This document shows positions 61,566-64,000 of a stretch of DNA of 64,000 bases, piece after piece. Origin of the DNA: Macrostomum lignano. Lineage: Eukaryota. Location of the stretch: assembly GCA_002269645.1 (NCBI GenBank), contig NIVC01003728.1:1-64000 (forward strand), read 5' to 3'. Every line of letters starts with the position of its first letter. Within the stretch, counting starts at the first letter, position 1. Made by a program: the position numbers and the translations under genes. The notes under the pieces are model-generated. The model did no database searches. It was not told the origin of the DNA and worked only from the letters and a program-made list of their open reading frames with translations.

Positions 61566-63115
61566 GAATATCGAACGTTTATAGCCTGACGAGTGAATAA
61601 TTATTAGCCGAATGTGGTTAACGATTTATCAGACTACTCTTAATTTCAATATAAGATAAATTCTCAGTTTTGCAGCGTCCATAAAAAACTGAACACACCT
61701 GGAATACTTTTAGTCAGCACCGTCTGGATCGGTGATAGATATCAGAGTTTGCAGTTGCCAATATAAATGTCGCACCAACCCGATGCCGGAGGGCCAACTC
61801 TCACAAGTAAAGTTGCTGCTGCATGTAAATATTTGAGATTTTGTAAAACCTGATCTGAATTCGCTCAAATATAGAAACCCAACCAGGGTTTTATCACGGA
61901 AAACTGACTTTAACGGAATTTGCACATTTTTTAATACAATTCTGTATATCACTGCATGGGTGCCAATTCTACAGAAATTAAATTCTACAGAAATTCTACA
62001 GAAATTGACAAACAGTAGAGTATTAAATTTATATTAGATTTACTTTTTTTCTAGGAAGTACGATGACTTGTCTAAATTCCAAAAAGCCCTACGAAGTTTG
62101 CATGCTTATGGCAATAGTGTGATTTCATGACGCTTCTGTGAATTTTCACACGTTGTCTAATGTAGAAAAGGTGAATTATATCTTCTTGGTACAGCAATCA
62201 GTCAAGCTATGAAGATGCTTTGAGCTACCAAGAATGTCGCTTTTATCTCTAAAATAATCTCTAAACATGCAGTTTTAAAGATCCTTGTCATTTAGTGCGA
62301 GTAAATCGCTTTGACAATGAAGGTTTTTTGCGACCCATTTTTTTAACCGGCGAAAGGCATTGACTCCCCCGAGCAGGCACACAAGCGCGCGGATACGTAA
62401 GCAGTCTCACGCACAGCCACACACTCGCACAGGAGTGTACAGCGGCCCTAACTTTATTTATCGTTAGGCATGTACACTTCACTGTTCCTTGGGGGTTGGG
62501 CCTCAAGGGCGTTAACTGGACGAGCAGAGCCAAGCCGAGATTCCAATTCAGCCTCAAATTAATGTGACTGCACTTGGGATCGTGCCTACTAGGCAATAGC
62601 AATTCCCCCATGCATAAGTCTTTTTTAGTCAGTCGACAGTTGGGGGTTCTTTTATGGTTTTACCCTAGCCCTAATTTAACTCCAATCCTGCTAAAACCTC
62701 AGCATTTCAGCCATTCCCCCATGAGCAAAAGCATTTCAATAATTCCCCACATAAGTCTTGGCATCTCAGCAGCTCGGCCCCCATTTGTCTTGACGTCTTA
62801 GCAATTCCCAGTGAGTCTTATATTCGACAGAGCGCTTCTTTTTTGGTTAACATGGTGATTCTTTTTTCGTTCTTTCTTTCATTAATTTTTCTTTAAAACT
62901 AGCTCTTAAATAAATTTGCCATGGTTCACTAACAGTTTAGCAATGGTTCACCTGCACTGTTTCGCACAATCCCTATGCAGATAGCCACAAGTCTACATAT
63001 TTCTCAATAAATCGAAACCATTTAAAACGTTTGCAACTTGCTAAAAATTGCACAGTTAAAATTGATTTGCAATCTTCTCATACTTATTACTTTTTTGCAT
63101 AAGTCAGAATAGCAC

Positions 63116-63585
63116 AGCTCCCCCAAATCAGTGCTGCTCCCCAAGATTAGCACCACCCCCCAGATTAGCACCACCCCCCAGATTAGCACCACCCCCCAGA
63201 TAAGCACCACTCCCCCAGATTAGCACCACCCCCCCAGATTAGCACCACCCCCCAGATTAGCACCACTCCCCAAGATTAGCACCACTCCCCCAGATAAGCA
63301 CCACTCTTCCAGATTAGCACCACCCCCAGATTAGCACCAACCCCAAGATAAGCACCACTGCCCCAGATTAGCACCACCCCCCAGATAAGCACCACCCCCA
63401 GATAAGCACCACTCCCCCAGATTAGCACCACTCCCCCAGATTAGCACCACTCCCCCAGATTAGCAACACTCCCCCAAATTAGCACCATTCCCCCACATTA
63501 GCACCACTCCCCTAGATTAGCACCACCCCCCAGATTAGCACCACTCTCCCAGACTAGCACCACTCCCCCACATTAGCACCACTTC
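63116..63585. repeat. 17-19-bp minisatellite (CCCCCAGATTAGCACCAC[T])n
   Basis: About 25 copies; explains the VVLIWG repeat ORF. Confidence 0.95.
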
Positions 63586-64000
63586 CTAGGGATTCCTAGG
63601 GTGGATAATGGATAACGTCTTCTTAATGTCTTTCCTTCTAGGTGTGGGTTCGATGCAGCAGGGGATGGAGAAGTGTGCAGGGCTCTCTCGTGGTGCACAT
63701 CCTACGGGAACTTATTTAGAACTATTGTTACTGTTATGATTATTTGGTTAAATTCGGCTCATACTCACAACGTCTCATAGTAAATAAGTATAAGCAGACA
63801 GAAGCAAACGAGTTGGATAGCTAATAAAATAAAGCGGCTGCAGTCACGGACGATCAGTCCAGACGACACGCAACAGGAGGTTAAAGCCAAGGGAAGTTAC
63901 AGCAGGTTCAGGAAGTGGTGGCACAGTGGAGGCACAGCCGCACTCAGGGCCAGGGTGAAGGTTCAAAAACCAGCGCCGCTCAGGGCTCAAAACGGGCTCT

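Noticed and set aside
61710-61952. Minus-strand segment reading QVLQNLKYLHAA, faintly kinase-like
   Set aside because: The HRD motif and the rest of the domain are absent; likely chance
63733-63935. Possible short LTR (TGTTATG...CAACA) followed by a PBS-like TGGTGGCAC
   Set aside because: No TSD, no partner LTR, and the window ends before it can be tested

Overview
Eukaryotic (invertebrate animal) genomic DNA with spliceosomal introns; the GC-rich poly-Ala/Gln exons and repeat landscape would fit a flatworm such as Macrostomum, but that is inference only. Four host genes can be reconstructed: a multi-exon GPR158/GPR179-like class C orphan GPCR (<1..13917, +), a type I membrane protein with 10 tandem CUB domains (18007..25720, +), a single-exon SREB-like class A orphan GPCR (~31874..33262, +) and a GATAD1-like gene (35173..~35941, -). 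Mobile DNA comprises an apparently intact hAT transposon with 16-bp TIRs and 8-bp TSD (26111..29916), an internally deleted Ty3/gypsy element, several Tc1-like and hAT-like non-autonomous elements, and many mini/microsatellites. The right third is dominated by a nested structure. A young 19.1-kb minus-strand LTR element (42422..61565; two 1991-bp LTRs, tRNA-Leu PBS, PPT, 4-bp TSD) encodes only Gag and a -1-frameshifted protease, with no RT, RNase H or integrase. Inside its leader lies an 8.8-kb, essentially perfect, non-coding palindrome (50211..59032) with ACTACT...AGTAGT ends, a 6-bp TSD and a 75-bp hairpin-rich centre. This palindrome is the most unusual object in the window. Several host exons carry 1-bp indels suggestive of long-read consensus errors. 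All family assignments come from recalled motifs, not database searches.
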